NCBI GenBank assembly: GCA_965226195.1
Contig: OZ245333.1
Span: forward strand, 2,344,275 to 2,408,274
Origin: Oligoflexales bacterium
Lineage (GTDB): Bacteria; Bdellovibrionota_B; Oligoflexia; Oligoflexales; JAPPIL01
Length of the DNA: 64,000 bases
Direction of reading: 5' to 3'
The notes beneath the pieces were generated by a model. It worked only from the letters and a program-made list of their open reading frames with translations, was not told where the DNA came from and did no database searches. Shown piece after piece: positions 8,758 through 19,488 of this stretch (the first letter of the stretch is position 1; every line of letters begins with the position of its first letter). The translations under genes were made by a program, and so were the position numbers.

Positions 8758-10394
8758 ATCGCCCTCCGTTTCAACCAGCTAATCACACCACTGCCCATAA
8801 AAAGGAAAGGATAACAAAAACAAATTAACATCAATATCAACTGACTCATGCTTGTAGTCAGAGCAATTGAACTCTTCTGTAAATCTCTTGGGCGCAGTGA
8901 AATAAAATCCTCGTCCTTCAACAGAAAGTTTGTCATGTTAACAAACATATCACGATGTTCGACGGAAGCCTGCACTCCCTGATTGCGAGCAAAATGTGAA
9001 GAACCAGTGACAATCAAACGCACTTGCTTTTCCTCCGCGGTTGGCAAGGCCTTGTTGTCAACGTCCTTTGCCTCTTCTTTGTTATGCTCTGTGCCTGCAT
9101 CAGCCAACTGTGGTGTCTTGGTCTTGCCTGTCGCTACCGCAATCACGGCAAACTTGCCTGCCGTCACCCGATCCTGCGTAATGTCACCGAGATCCGACTT
9201 GTCAGTGACATTATCAACCTTGACGATCGAATCAGAAGTCTTGGCAACCAACTCAACGTTCATGCCCTGCTTATTACCCTCTACCTTAGCCAGCGAACGC
9301 ACATTCGGCATCAACAATGTTGCTGCACTCTGCCGAGCAAAATCCTTTGTCACGCTGTGAAAATCATCAAAATCAGTCACCAACGCATTGTTCTGACCGA
9401 GCAACAACGCCCGCGGATCGTCAGGTGGTAATAACAGCAGGTCGTTGTTAATTTTCACACCAAATTCAGCCGTGAACGCGGCGAGATTGTCCACCCGTGT
9501 CACCGCATCAAACATCACTAACAATGCCCCACCGCCTTGCAAATACGTGCGCAAAAAATCAATTTCCTCCTTGCGCAAATCGTAACGCGGCCCCGCAACA
9601 ACAAGCAAGTCAGCATCAGTAGGCACTTTTCCCGTTTCCAGCAACATCAACGTTTCAGTGCTGTATTTGTTGTTCTCCAACTCCTGCACGACGAAATCAT
9701 AGCCAAGCGGACTCTTCGCCTTCAGCTCGCCCTCACCATGCCCGCGAGTGAAATAAATTTTCTTCGACTTGTCCTTCAATACTTTGACCAATGCATTGGT
9801 GAGCTTCTCCTCCGTAAACGTGGCAATGCGTGCCTCCAACTTGCCACGCCGAAAAATTACCGTGTTGGCAGAGGTCAACTTGTCAGCCATCGCCTGCATG
9901 GGCTTCATGCGGGGGGCAAACCAACTGACGTTCAACTCCGCCCCCTCAACTTCATAAAGGGACAGTAAATTTTTGAAGTTCTCCTTCGCTCCCTGATCCT
10001 GAAACCACGCCGTAACCTTGAGTGGTTCTTCGCTCTCCTTGACCTTCGCAATAATCTTCAGCGATTGATCGGACAAAGTATTGGTCTGCGAACGGGTCAC
10101 ATCAAAGCTCTTGTTGAAGCGTGCTCGCGATGACAGCAACGCCACCGCAACGATGATGGCAATGCCAAGCACAACCGTCAAACTTGAACTTGCACCGAAC
10201 TTTGCCCCCTTGCGGCGCACGAATTTTTTGAAATTCTCGATGTCCAAAGAAATCCAAAAAACCAGCAGTGCACCCGCCAGCACCAAACTAGAACTGCCAA
10301 TCCACACCAAACCAGGATAAGAAGACTTGATAGCCGCACCAATCGCAGCCACCAGTACTGCCAAAAAAGGCAAAATAAAAAGTCCTGACCTCAT
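8754..10394 (-). CDS. GldG-like auxiliary component of an ABC-type transport system
   Basis: 546 aa. N-terminal TM helices, central KKIYFTRGHGEGEL motif and a C-terminal TM helix, as in the GldG / ABC-type uncharacterized transport system family. 6-nt gap after the ABC-2 permease gene. Confidence 0.7.
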   Translation of the reverse strand: MRSGLFILPFLAVLVAAIGAAIKSSYPGLVWIGSSSLVLAGALLVFWISLDIENFKKFVRRKGAKFGASSSLTVVLGIAIIVAVALLSSRARFNKSFDVTRSQTNTLSDQSLKIIAKVKESEEPLKVTAWFQDQGAKENFKNLLSLYEVEGAELNVSWFAPRMKPMQAMADKLTSANTVIFRRGKLEARIATFTEEKLTNALVKVLKDKSKKIYFTRGHGEGELKAKSPLGYDFVVQELENNKYSTETLMLLETGKVPTDADLLVVAGPRYDLRKEEIDFLRTYLQGGGALLVMFDAVTRVDNLAAFTAEFGVKINNDLLLLPPDDPRALLLGQNNALVTDFDDFHSVTKDFARQSAATLLMPNVRSLAKVEGNKQGMNVELVAKTSDSIVKVDNVTDKSDLGDITQDRVTAGKFAVIAVATGKTKTPQLADAGTEHNKEEAKDVDNKALPTAEEKQVRLIVTGSSHFARNQGVQASVEHRDMFVNMTNFLLKDEDFISLRPRDLQKSSIALTTSMSQLILMLICFCYPFLFMGSGVISWLKRRAM

Positions 10395-10400
10395 AAGTTA

Positions 10401-11177
10401 CTATCTCCAGCGTTGCGAATCTAAAACAACATTTGTAAAAAACAAAAATAAAGATGTGAAACATATAAAATAAAAAATGTCCTTGACGGTAATCATGCCC
10501 TTCATCATATTTTCAAGATGTTGCATTGAAGCAAGATACTTGAGCACTTCCTCCGTTAGCCCCCCACCGGGAAGGTTAGGAGCGAGCCAGTTCAGAATCA
10601 ACAACAGAAACAGGCCAAACATCGTGAACAAAAAGGCAAGGAATTGGTTCTTGGTCATCGAAGAAATCCAAATTCCGAGGGCCAGCTGTGAGCTAATCAA
10701 CAGAAACAGACCTAAATAAGCACTCAAAATAATGCCGATATCAGGGTTGCCATACTTGATCGTGAACAGCGGAAAAATTGTCGAAGCTAGCAATACTAGC
10801 GTCATCATCAGCAACGTGGCGAGATACTTGCCCAACACAATGTGCAGCGGTCGAATCGGTGCAGTGTGCAGCAACCGAATTGAGTGGTTCTTGATTTCTT
10901 CCGAGAAAGAAGCCATCGTCACCGCAGGTACGATCAAAATCAAAATGAAATGCAGATTGTGAAACAAGGCCGTCAGCAACTGCTCAAGCGTTGGAGCTTG
11001 TCCGCCCATCGCGGGAGCGCGCTGCTGCATCTCAAAAAAAGTCTGCATGAAACTGTTGAAGAAAACGCCCATGAAAGCAAGAAAGAAAAAGAAAATCGCC
11101 ATGCCCTTCGGCGAAGTGAAGAAAGCCGCTAAATCACGGCGGGCAATTGTCCATGTGATACTAAAGCTGGGTCGCAT
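10401..11177 (-). CDS. ABC-2 type permease (GldF-like)
   Basis: 258 aa, about six hydrophobic helices, located between the ATPase and the GldG-like gene. Confidence 0.7.
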   Translation of the reverse strand: MRPSFSITWTIARRDLAAFFTSPKGMAIFFFFLAFMGVFFNSFMQTFFEMQQRAPAMGGQAPTLEQLLTALFHNLHFILILIVPAVTMASFSEEIKNHSIRLLHTAPIRPLHIVLGKYLATLLMMTLVLLASTIFPLFTIKYGNPDIGIILSAYLGLFLLISSQLALGIWISSMTKNQFLAFLFTMFGLFLLLILNWLAPNLPGGGLTEEVLKYLASMQHLENMMKGMITVKDIFYFICFTSLFLFFTNVVLDSQRWR

Positions 11178-11192
11178 TTTTCCTCCGTAAAA

Positions 11193-12116
11193 TCAGTGTG
11201 TAACCTGAAAGAACACATCTTCCAGACTCTTGGTTTTGACGTTCAGTTCGCGCAAACCATAACCACCCTTGACCACTTGCATCGCAACCTTGTCGATCGT
11301 GTCGTCGGGAGCATCCTTGCGCAAGGCAAATTCAATCACATTAGTAGAGGCGGCATGAGGTGGGGTCAAGGCAGGAAACGTCGCCAACTCGTTGGCAAGG
11401 CGAGCTGCATTCTCTCCCACTCGTAACGTATAGACACGATCGGTGTCGAGGCGTTCGATCAACTCCCCATACGTGCCCTCTTCGACAATCTTGCCCTTGT
11501 CGATGATGATAATTTTCTCACACATTTGCTCCACTTCCGAGAGGATGTGCGAACTCAAAATAATCGTGTGCTGACCTGCCAATGACTTGATCAGCTCACG
11601 AATATGCACGATTTGGTTGGGGTCAAGCCCTTCCGTCGGCTCGTCGAGTACCAGCACCTTCGGATCATGCACGAGCGCCTGTGCCAACGCCACCCGCTGC
11701 CGATAACCCTTCGACAAATTGCCGATAACGCGCCTGCCGACATCGTGTAACTCAAGCTTGGTGAAGACCTCGTTCATCCGCCCCTGAATACGTGTCTTCG
11801 GCACGCCTCGCAGCCGTGCAGTGAAGGCCACATAGTCAGCTACCCGCATCTCGGTATGCAGCGGCGGCACGTCAGGCAAGTAGCCAAGCATGCTCTTCGC
11901 TTCCAGCGGGGCATCGGTAATGTCACACCCGAAAATGCGAGCATTGCCACTGTCAGCTCCGATATAGCCACAGAGGATGTCCATCGTCGTCGTCTTGCCA
12001 GCCCCGTTAGCGCCGAGAAAGCCGACAATCTGCCCCTCATCCACCTTGAAACTAATGTCAGTCAACACTTGCACGTTGCCGTAGGACTTCGACAACCCGT
12101 TGATTTCAATCATCAT
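11193..12116 (-). CDS. ABC transporter ATP-binding protein (GldA-like)
   Basis: Walker A GANGAGKTTTM, signature LSKGYRQRV, Walker B VLVLDEPTEGLD. Start placed at the MMIEINGLSK methionines (12116), not the upstream ATG 12179, because ABC ATPases normally begin just before this strand. Confidence 0.85.
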   Translation of the reverse strand: MMIEINGLSKSYGNVQVLTDISFKVDEGQIVGFLGANGAGKTTTMDILCGYIGADSGNARIFGCDITDAPLEAKSMLGYLPDVPPLHTEMRVADYVAFTARLRGVPKTRIQGRMNEVFTKLELHDVGRRVIGNLSKGYRQRVALAQALVHDPKVLVLDEPTEGLDPNQIVHIRELIKSLAGQHTIILSSHILSEVEQMCEKIIIIDKGKIVEEGTYGELIERLDTDRVYTLRVGENAARLANELATFPALTPPHAASTNVIEFALRKDAPDDTIDKVAMQVVKGGYGLRELNVKTKSLEDVFFQVTH

Positions 12117-12255
12117 TGCTCCAACCTGTTCCTGAAACGTTACCGAATAAGCAACAGCTGATATTTTGACAAAAGCCACTGCCGTTGTCTACACCTTTGT
12201 GTGCCTTGCTTGAGTAAGGGGAGTTGGCGGGGGAGACTCCACACCCATCATGTCG

Positions 12256-13422
12256 CTAATCAATGACGATAGAGTCTCTGGATGGCTTAGGCAAAACACT
12301 CATATATCCAAGTTCGATGAAAGCTTCGATCACTTGTTGTTCGCCTAGCTGTGTAGCAAGAGACATGATATCCTCTCCATCTTCATTGGTGATGGCAAAG
12401 TTTGCCCCCGCCTCAGCTAGAATTTTAATCATCTCACCGTCTCCGTTACGAACTGCATAGAATAATCCCGTTTCTTTGGCAAAAAAATTTTGTGCATCGA
12501 TGTCTGCTCCAGCATTTTGCAAAATTTCTATCACTTGCCTGTAGTTATCGCTGTCAGTGATATGGTCGCCAAAGCCCGTTATATTGCTAAACGACGAATG
12601 ACCATCAACCGCAAGCAGTATCGGTGTAGTACCGAGGACTTCACTTCTTGCATTGACATCCGCCCCTTTCTCAACCATAGCCGATACCATTCTTACTTTT
12701 CCCATTGCAGAAGCCATTATCAACGCTGTATGACCCGCATCATAACCGCCATAGGTAGCATGAACATTTGCCTCAGCTCGCAGTAGTTTCTCACTTATGC
12801 TGTCTTTGCCACTTCGCAAGCTCCACATCAGGGCACTCCAGTCATCGTTGTGAGCATCACTGTTGGCATTGGCATTAACATCGGCACCATTTGCAATCAG
12901 CCAATTAACTGCAACATATTTATTCCTCCGCGATGCCTCAATCAATGGTGTGTAGTTAAACTTGTTTCTAGCGTCGATGTTAGCTTTGTTGTGCAGCAGG
13001 ACTGCCATTGCTGCAACGTGCCCATGCGCTGCGGCAACAATTATTGGTGATGCTTTCCGATACCCGCTTTTTATTTCAACATCAGCATCATTGTCAAGCA
13101 GCCACTGCATTATTTTGACCTTGTTGTGCTTTGCCGCAAGGTGCAGCATGGCATAGCCGTAGTGCTTATCTATCGCTTTGTTGATCCCAAAGCCAGTGTG
13201 CTCCAGCAGAAGAGCAAGCCCGCGTGTATCATCTCTTTGCAAGACACTCATAAACGGTGCGGGAACTTTAGCGAACAACGACGTTGCCATCAGACAGCTG
13301 ACTACAGAGCCACCAAAAGCATACATAACAGCCGCCTCGCAGGCATTTTGAATGCGATACATCTCGTTATCAGTGTGGGCAACCACTCCCACCGCTGCAA
13401 TGATTACTACAAGGCGTAGCAT
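12256..13422 (-). CDS. Secreted/membrane-anchored ankyrin-repeat protein
   Basis: 388 aa. Clear ANK repeats (GYAMLHLAAKHNKVKIMQWLLDNDADVE; SPIIVAAAHGHVAAMAVLLHNKANIDA; YTPLIEASRRNKYVAVNWLIANGADVNA; TALIMASAMGKVRMVSAMVEKGADVNA). Hydrophobic N-terminus MLRLVVIIAAVGVVAHT. Confidence 0.85.
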   Translation of the reverse strand: MLRLVVIIAAVGVVAHTDNEMYRIQNACEAAVMYAFGGSVVSCLMATSLFAKVPAPFMSVLQRDDTRGLALLLEHTGFGINKAIDKHYGYAMLHLAAKHNKVKIMQWLLDNDADVEIKSGYRKASPIIVAAAHGHVAAMAVLLHNKANIDARNKFNYTPLIEASRRNKYVAVNWLIANGADVNANANSDAHNDDWSALMWSLRSGKDSISEKLLRAEANVHATYGGYDAGHTALIMASAMGKVRMVSAMVEKGADVNARSEVLGTTPILLAVDGHSSFSNITGFGDHITDSDNYRQVIEILQNAGADIDAQNFFAKETGLFYAVRNGDGEMIKILAEAGANFAITNEDGEDIMSLATQLGEQQVIEAFIELGYMSVLPKPSRDSIVID

Positions 13423-13680
13423 GTAATGTCAAGATGAAAGTCAAATGCCCGCAGCACAAGGTGGTGGCAACCCAATAAACACGGGGATCAATCCTTCTTG
13501 CCGTTTGTTTTGCCCTTCCGCCATAGCTTCAGCCTTGGTGATGCTTTTTGAACCCACCGCCTATCATCCCCCCCCAACAGTTTTTTGTGGATTATCTAAA
13601 AACACCATCTGAAAATATAGAGATTTTCTTCATCTACTGCAAATTACAATCACAGTAATTGGTAATAGCATCCCCCAACT

Positions 13681-15003
13681 TCAGCGTATTCGTTCCAGTA
13701 TTTGCGCATCGATTAGCTGCTCAAAGTGCTCGATATATTCCTTGTTGCCCAAGTTTTTCAGCCCGGTATAGATCATCTTTAGGTTGTCTGTGCTAGTATT
13801 ACTTCCGCTAATATGAAGCCCCAGAGCATATTCCACCGCAGCATCGATACCACTCTTACCAGTTTTCTTTAGTTTAACAGCCATCAGCTTAGGATTGGCT
13901 ATCACTGGAGTAAACTCGGCAAAGTCCAGCAAAAGCTCATCTAGCTCTTCCCCATCAGCTCCCTCTTTTTTCAGCGTGTTGGCAATTGCTTCTATTTTGG
14001 AAAAGTCTAGTTGTATTAGCAATCCACGTTTAATAGAAACATCAGATACAGTAACAATTTTGTGTTTTTCTTTAAATTTCCAACCTGCAAATTCCTCACC
14101 CGCGTTTCTACTGGCAATAGCTAACAAATTTTGCCACAGTTCTTCAATCTCTTTAGATAATTTCGAAAGTTTTATTTTTCTTTTTGATGGAACATTTCTG
14201 GGTGCTGAAGCAGGTGTAGCTGTAGGTATAACATTACCTATTCGGGCTATTGTTTTGGCTAAGTTCCTGTAGAGTTGGCCTACCTCAATATCTTCTGCTA
14301 GCGAAATTGCTTTACTAATGGTAGGTGCATCATGCATTGGTCTCATTTCTGGAGGTAGATTGGCAAGGTATTCCTTCGTAGTAGCTGAAAGTTGCCACGA
14401 AATTATAGTATCTACTACCGCCAATTCTTTGCTTTTCAAGGCAGTAAGCATTGCTGCGTCTAGTATTTTCTTGGCTAGTAGACGTTTGTCTCTATCTTCA
14501 CCTACCTCTTCAAAATTGCTCAGAAAGTTTTGTATCAAGTCTATATCTCCACTTACTGCTGCAGCTGAGATGGATTTTTCATCAAGAAAGTTTTGTGACA
14601 ATCTAATCTTGATACCTTCGAGAATGGCTGCTATGCTTTTGTTTCCCGATATATTGGCAAAATTGATAAGAGTGTCCTTGTATTTTACCCCACTTGGATG
14701 CCAGTTGACATCTATGAGTTCTGCTCCTTGCTCTGCTAGATAGCGAACGATATTTACTTTTCTATTCATCGCAGCAAAAACCAGCATGCTGGTTTTTTTG
14801 CTGTCGTGTAGTACGATGTCATTCACGCTCAAGTTGCTTTTGTTGAGTAGATTCGCGAGCATTCTCGTGTTATCATAGAGGATTGCCCTCTCGATCTGCC
14901 TACTTATGGCCGGTGATAGTGTGTTTTTAGCCATCCTTGCTGGGGCAGCAGCGGCCAACTGGCTAGATACTAAAACTGATAGTAACATGCTAAAAATACC
15001 CAT
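13681..15003 (-). CDS. Secreted protein with N-terminal ankyrin-like repeat(s), remainder unknown
   Basis: 440 aa. Signal peptide MGIFSMLLSVLVSSQLAAAAPA. TSMLVFAAMNRKVNIVRYLAEQGAELI fits an ANK repeat. The rest is helical with no motif I recognise. Confidence 0.5.
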   Translation of the reverse strand: MGIFSMLLSVLVSSQLAAAAPARMAKNTLSPAISRQIERAILYDNTRMLANLLNKSNLSVNDIVLHDSKKTSMLVFAAMNRKVNIVRYLAEQGAELIDVNWHPSGVKYKDTLINFANISGNKSIAAILEGIKIRLSQNFLDEKSISAAAVSGDIDLIQNFLSNFEEVGEDRDKRLLAKKILDAAMLTALKSKELAVVDTIISWQLSATTKEYLANLPPEMRPMHDAPTISKAISLAEDIEVGQLYRNLAKTIARIGNVIPTATPASAPRNVPSKRKIKLSKLSKEIEELWQNLLAIASRNAGEEFAGWKFKEKHKIVTVSDVSIKRGLLIQLDFSKIEAIANTLKKEGADGEELDELLLDFAEFTPVIANPKLMAVKLKKTGKSGIDAAVEYALGLHISGSNTSTDNLKMIYTGLKNLGNKEYIEHFEQLIDAQILERIR

Positions 15004-15088
15004 TATTCTACCTCCTATACGTTATGTAAGATGTGTGTTTTCTACATCTCGTTGTAGTAGCAAAAATGGCTAACGGCACTACTCCTGG

Positions 15089-18000
15089 CTATCGGACTTC
15101 AACACCGTGCTCTTTAGCGATACTAACTATACTGTTGGCAAGATGGTAGCGTTGGTTTTTTAGTGATCTTTTATATGCATACCTGAAATATTCTGCGGGA
15201 ATCGCAACATCTTGCTCTTTAGCAATCTGGACAATTCGAACCACACTGTTTGCAGCATTGGATAACACTACTGCATCTTGCAGTGCCTGTCCGAAATATT
15301 CTGCTGGAATCTCAGCACCTTGCTCTTTAGCAATTCGAGCCACGTCGTTTGCAACATCGAGTCGATTGCTTTGTAGAGTTGCCTGTAGCAATTCTCCGAA
15401 ATACTTCATGTCTATTTCAACGCCACGCTCTTCAGCAATCCGAATTACATTGGTTGTTGTAGTAGCAGATTTATTGTTTTTTACTAATACTGTTTGCAAC
15501 GCTTTGCTGAAATATTCTGCTGGAATCTCAACACCTTGCTCTTTAGCAATTCGATCCACACTGCTTGCAACAGTGGGTAGGTCGTGTTCTACTGCTGCCA
15601 GTAGTGACTCTCCAAAATGCTTTGCATCTATTTCAGCGAAATATTCTGCTGGAATCTCAACACTTTGCTCTTTAGCAACCCGAATAACCCGAACTACGCT
15701 GCTTGCAATATCGAGTCGATTACTTTTTAGAGTTGCCTGTAGTAACTCTCCAAAATACTTCGTGTCTATTTCAACGCCATGCTCTTTAGCAATCCGAATT
15801 ATATAGGCTATTGTAGTATCAGAAATTTGGTTGTTTTTTTCTAGTTCTAACACTGTTTGCAATGCTTTGCTGAAATATTCTGGATGGATTTCAACATCTT
15901 GCTCTTTAGCAATCTTAACAACCATATCCACATTGTTTGAAATATAGAATTGATTGCTTTTTACTGCTGCCAATAGCGATTCTCCGAAATACCTTGTGTC
16001 GATCTTAATGCTATGTTCATTGGCAAACTTGGCAACTTGGTCTATTGTGTCGGCATCATTAGCTCTCGATGTTTCATACACTAATGCCTTACCAACATGT
16101 TTTGCATCGATCTTAACACCGTGATTATAGGCAAATTTAAGCAGTTGAGCTGTGGTATATTGACTACCCCTCAATGCTTTCTGTAATGCCTTTTCAAAAT
16201 GTTTCATCTCGATATTAGAGCCGTGTTTTTCAGCAAGTTTAACCAGCTGGCTTACTGTGTCGGAATGATCATCAATAGATGCAATTGCAGCTGCAATTGC
16301 ATCTATAAAAAAATTCATATTGATCTTAATTTCACGCTCATCAGCAAGTGCAACCAGTTGTTCTATAGCGTCGGAATAACGACCTTTCGATGCATCTAGT
16401 AATGCCTGTTCAAAGTGTTCTGCATCGATTTTTACTCCATGATTTTCAGCAAGTTTAACTAGTTGTTCTATAGTGTCAGAGTGACCAGCTTTTGATGCAT
16501 CTAACAGTGCCCGTCCGAAATATTCTGCACCGATGCTAACACCATAATTGTCAGCAAGTTTAACTAGTTGTTCTATAGTGTCAGAGTGACCAGCTTTTGA
16601 TGCATCTAACAGTGCCCGTCCGAAATATTCTGCACCGATGCTAACATCATAATTGTCAGCAAGTTTAACTAGTTGTTCTATAGCGTCAGAGTGACCAGCT
16701 TTTGATGCATCTAACAGTGCCCGTCCGAAATATTCTGCATCGATTTTTACTCCATGATTTTCAGCAAGTTTAACTAGTTGTTCTATAGCGTCAGAGTGAC
16801 CAGCTTTTGATGCATCTAATAGTACCCGTCCGAAATATTCTGCATCGATTTTTACTCCATGATTTTCAGCAAGTTTAACTAGTTGTTCTATAGCGTCAGA
16901 GTGACCAGCTTTTGATGCATCTAATAGTACCCGTCCGAAATATTCTGCATCGATGCTAACACCATAATTGTTAGCAAGTTTAGCTATTTCACCTATTTTG
17001 TTGTATTGACCAGCTTTTGATGCATCTAATAGTACCCGTCCGAAATATTCTGCACCGATGCTAACATCATGATTGTCAGCAAGTTTAACCAGCTGGCTTA
17101 CTGTGCTGAAATGCTTGCCTTCCGATGCAGTTTGCAATGCCTGCTCGAAGTGTTTTGCACCGATAGTAACGCCGTGATTGTCAGCAAGTGCAACCAGTTG
17201 TTCTATAGCGTTGGAATAACGACCTTTCGATGCAGCTTGCAGTGCCTGTCCGAAATATTCTGCACCGATGCTAACATCATAATTGTCAGCAAGTTTAACT
17301 AGTTGTTCTATAGTGTCAGAGTGACCAGCTTTTGATGCATCTAACAGTGCCCGTCCGAAGTATTCTGCACCGATTTTTACTCCATGATTTTCAGCAAGTT
17401 TAACCAGTTGTTCTATGGTGTCAGAATGGCCAGCTTTTGATGCAGCTTGCAATGCCCGTCCGAAGTATTCTGCACCGATGATAACACCATAATTGTCAGC
17501 AAGTTTAACCAGTTGTTCTATAGTGTCAGAATGGCCAGCTTTTGATGCAGATACCAATACCCGTCCGAAATATTCTGCATCGATGCTAACACCATAGTTG
17601 TCAGCAAGTTTAGCTATTTCACCTATTTTGTTGTATTGACCAGCTTTTGATGCATCTAACAGTGCCCGTCCGAAATATTCTGCACCGATGCTAACATCAT
17701 GATTTTCAGCAAGTTTAACCAGTTGTCCTATTACATTGGAATGGCCACCTTCTAATGCAGCTTGCAATGCCTGTCTGAAGAAATATTCTGCACCGATGAT
17801 AACACCATAATTGTCAGCAAGTTCAACCAGTTGTTCTATAGTGTCAGAATGGCCAGCTTTTGATGCATCTAACAGTGCCTGTCTGAAATATTGTGCACCG
17901 ATGCTAACATCATGATTTTCAGCAAGTTTAACCAGTTGTTCCACTGTGCTGAAATTCTTGTCTTCCGATGCAGCTACCAATGCCCGTCCGAAGTATTCTG

Positions 18001-19210
18001 CACCGATTTTAACTCCATGATTTTCAGCAAGTTTAACCAGTTGTTCTATGGTGTCAGAATGGCCAGCTTTTGATGCAGCTTGCAATGCCCGTCCGAAGTA
18101 TTCTGCACCGATGATAACACCATAATTGTCAGCAAGTTTAACCAGTTGTTCTATAGTGTCAGAATGGCCAGCTTTTGATGCATCTAACAGTGCCTGTCTG
18201 AAATATTGGTCACCGATTCTAACATCATGATTTTCAGCAAGTTTAAGCAGTTGCTTTGCTGTGTTGATATGACCATGGGTTAATGTTACCTGCAGTGTCT
18301 GTCCTAAATACCCTGTACCGATCATAATGTTGTTTTTCTCAGCAAGCTTAACCAACTGTTCTATTATCTCTGGATGATTGCTTTCCGGCACAGTTTTCAA
18401 TGCTCTACCTAAATATTCTGCACCAATGTCAATACCGTAGTTGTCAGCAAGCTTAGCTAGTTGTTTTATTTTGTCGGGGTCGTCATTGTCTGATGCAAGT
18501 TGCAATGACTCGCCTAGATATTCTGCACTGGCCCTGAGCTTAAATTGTCTATAGTTAGCTCTGTGTTCATCATTATCGATCCTAATCAGTTGCTCCACTG
18601 TGCTAAAATGACTGCCCTCCGATGCTCTATGCAATGCCAGCACAAGATTAGTGTTGCTGATCTTAATGTTACGCTTATCAGCAAGTTCAACCAGTTTTTC
18701 TGCTGTGTCGGTGTGACCATAGGCTGATGCTTCCTGTAGTGACATACCGAAATGTTTTGGAATGATCGTAACACCGTAATTGTCAGCAAGTTCAACCAGT
18801 TTTTCTGCTGTGTCGGTGTGACCATAGGTTGATGCTTCCTGCAGTGACATAGCGAAATATGGAACGATCGTACCACCGTGAATGATCGTAACACCTTGAA
18901 TGTAGGCAAGTTCAAGCAGCTTTTCTATTATGTCGGGGTGACCATTTTTCGACGCGTCTTGCAATGCTTCACCGAAAGTAACTGCATCGATCTTGATATT
19001 CTCGTCTCGCAATGCTTCACCGAAAGTAATTGCATCGATCTTGACATCGTACTGAGCAGCAAGTTTAGCTATTTCACCTATTCTGTTGTAGTGGCCAGCT
19101 TTTGATGCAGATATCAGTATATTAGCAATGTTAGAACGCATTGCATTGTGTTTAACACCATAGCATGGGGCAGACACTAATGTAATGAGAGAGATTATGA
19201 TGATTTTCAT
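15089..19210 (-). CDS. Giant secreted tandem-repeat protein (about 39 copies of a 35-residue helical-hairpin repeat, ankyrin-/Sel1-like)
   Basis: 1373-aa uninterrupted ORF. Signal peptide MKIIIISLITLVSAPCYG. Repeat consensus: GAEYFGRALLDASKAGHSDTIEQLVKLA(D/E)N(Y/H)GV(S/K)I. The AxxxGHxxxIxxLVxLA core resembles the ankyrin helix pair. The GVxID...A...AS..G spacing also resembles Sel1-like repeats. Confidence 0.85.
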   Translation of the reverse strand: MKIIIISLITLVSAPCYGVKHNAMRSNIANILISASKAGHYNRIGEIAKLAAQYDVKIDAITFGEALRDENIKIDAVTFGEALQDASKNGHPDIIEKLLELAYIQGVTIIHGGTIVPYFAMSLQEASTYGHTDTAEKLVELADNYGVTIIPKHFGMSLQEASAYGHTDTAEKLVELADKRNIKISNTNLVLALHRASEGSHFSTVEQLIRIDNDEHRANYRQFKLRASAEYLGESLQLASDNDDPDKIKQLAKLADNYGIDIGAEYLGRALKTVPESNHPEIIEQLVKLAEKNNIMIGTGYLGQTLQVTLTHGHINTAKQLLKLAENHDVRIGDQYFRQALLDASKAGHSDTIEQLVKLADNYGVIIGAEYFGRALQAASKAGHSDTIEQLVKLAENHGVKIGAEYFGRALVAASEDKNFSTVEQLVKLAENHDVSIGAQYFRQALLDASKAGHSDTIEQLVELADNYGVIIGAEYFFRQALQAALEGGHSNVIGQLVKLAENHDVSIGAEYFGRALLDASKAGQYNKIGEIAKLADNYGVSIDAEYFGRVLVSASKAGHSDTIEQLVKLADNYGVIIGAEYFGRALQAASKAGHSDTIEQLVKLAENHGVKIGAEYFGRALLDASKAGHSDTIEQLVKLADNYDVSIGAEYFGQALQAASKGRYSNAIEQLVALADNHGVTIGAKHFEQALQTASEGKHFSTVSQLVKLADNHDVSIGAEYFGRVLLDASKAGQYNKIGEIAKLANNYGVSIDAEYFGRVLLDASKAGHSDAIEQLVKLAENHGVKIDAEYFGRVLLDASKAGHSDAIEQLVKLAENHGVKIDAEYFGRALLDASKAGHSDAIEQLVKLADNYDVSIGAEYFGRALLDASKAGHSDTIEQLVKLADNYGVSIGAEYFGRALLDASKAGHSDTIEQLVKLAENHGVKIDAEHFEQALLDASKGRYSDAIEQLVALADEREIKINMNFFIDAIAAAIASIDDHSDTVSQLVKLAEKHGSNIEMKHFEKALQKALRGSQYTTAQLLKFAYNHGVKIDAKHVGKALVYETSRANDADTIDQVAKFANEHSIKIDTRYFGESLLAAVKSNQFYISNNVDMVVKIAKEQDVEIHPEYFSKALQTVLELEKNNQISDTTIAYIIRIAKEHGVEIDTKYFGELLQATLKSNRLDIASSVVRVIRVAKEQSVEIPAEYFAEIDAKHFGESLLAAVEHDLPTVASSVDRIAKEQGVEIPAEYFSKALQTVLVKNNKSATTTTNVIRIAEERGVEIDMKYFGELLQATLQSNRLDVANDVARIAKEQGAEIPAEYFGQALQDAVVLSNAANSVVRIVQIAKEQDVAIPAEYFRYAYKRSLKNQRYHLANSIVSIAKEHGVEVR
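15150..19100 (-). repeat. 105-bp coding tandem repeat array (central block about 16400-18230 nearly identical at DNA level)
   Basis: The period was measured directly. TTTGATGCAT at 16491 recurs at 16596, which gives 105 bp = 35 codons. Outer copies are progressively more diverged. Confidence 0.9.
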
Positions 19211-19488
19211 GGCAATCTCCTAATAAAAGGCAATAATTTGGTATAACAAAATATGTTAATGTGTCAAGGTTTAAATTTTTAGGTGATGCAGTTCGCCATA
19301 GCCCATAAATTTGTAACATCCAAATATCAAAGCTTTATTTGTGTAATAATTAGCTGAGCAAAAAAGATAGTACCTGGTGGTAGTCACTCACCTAGTATTT
19401 AAACTCACGGTGTTAGCGATTAAACGGTGTAAGTAGTGTATATGTATGGTTTTTGTCTGTTCGCAGGTATTACAGAGCTAGTGCACCC

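Noticed and set aside
15089-19210. Regular 105-bp periodicity that could be mistaken for a CRISPR array or satellite DNA
   Set aside because: The period is a multiple of three inside one uninterrupted 1373-codon ORF with a signal peptide. There are no unique spacers between repeats, and the repeats encode a coherent 35-residue helical motif.
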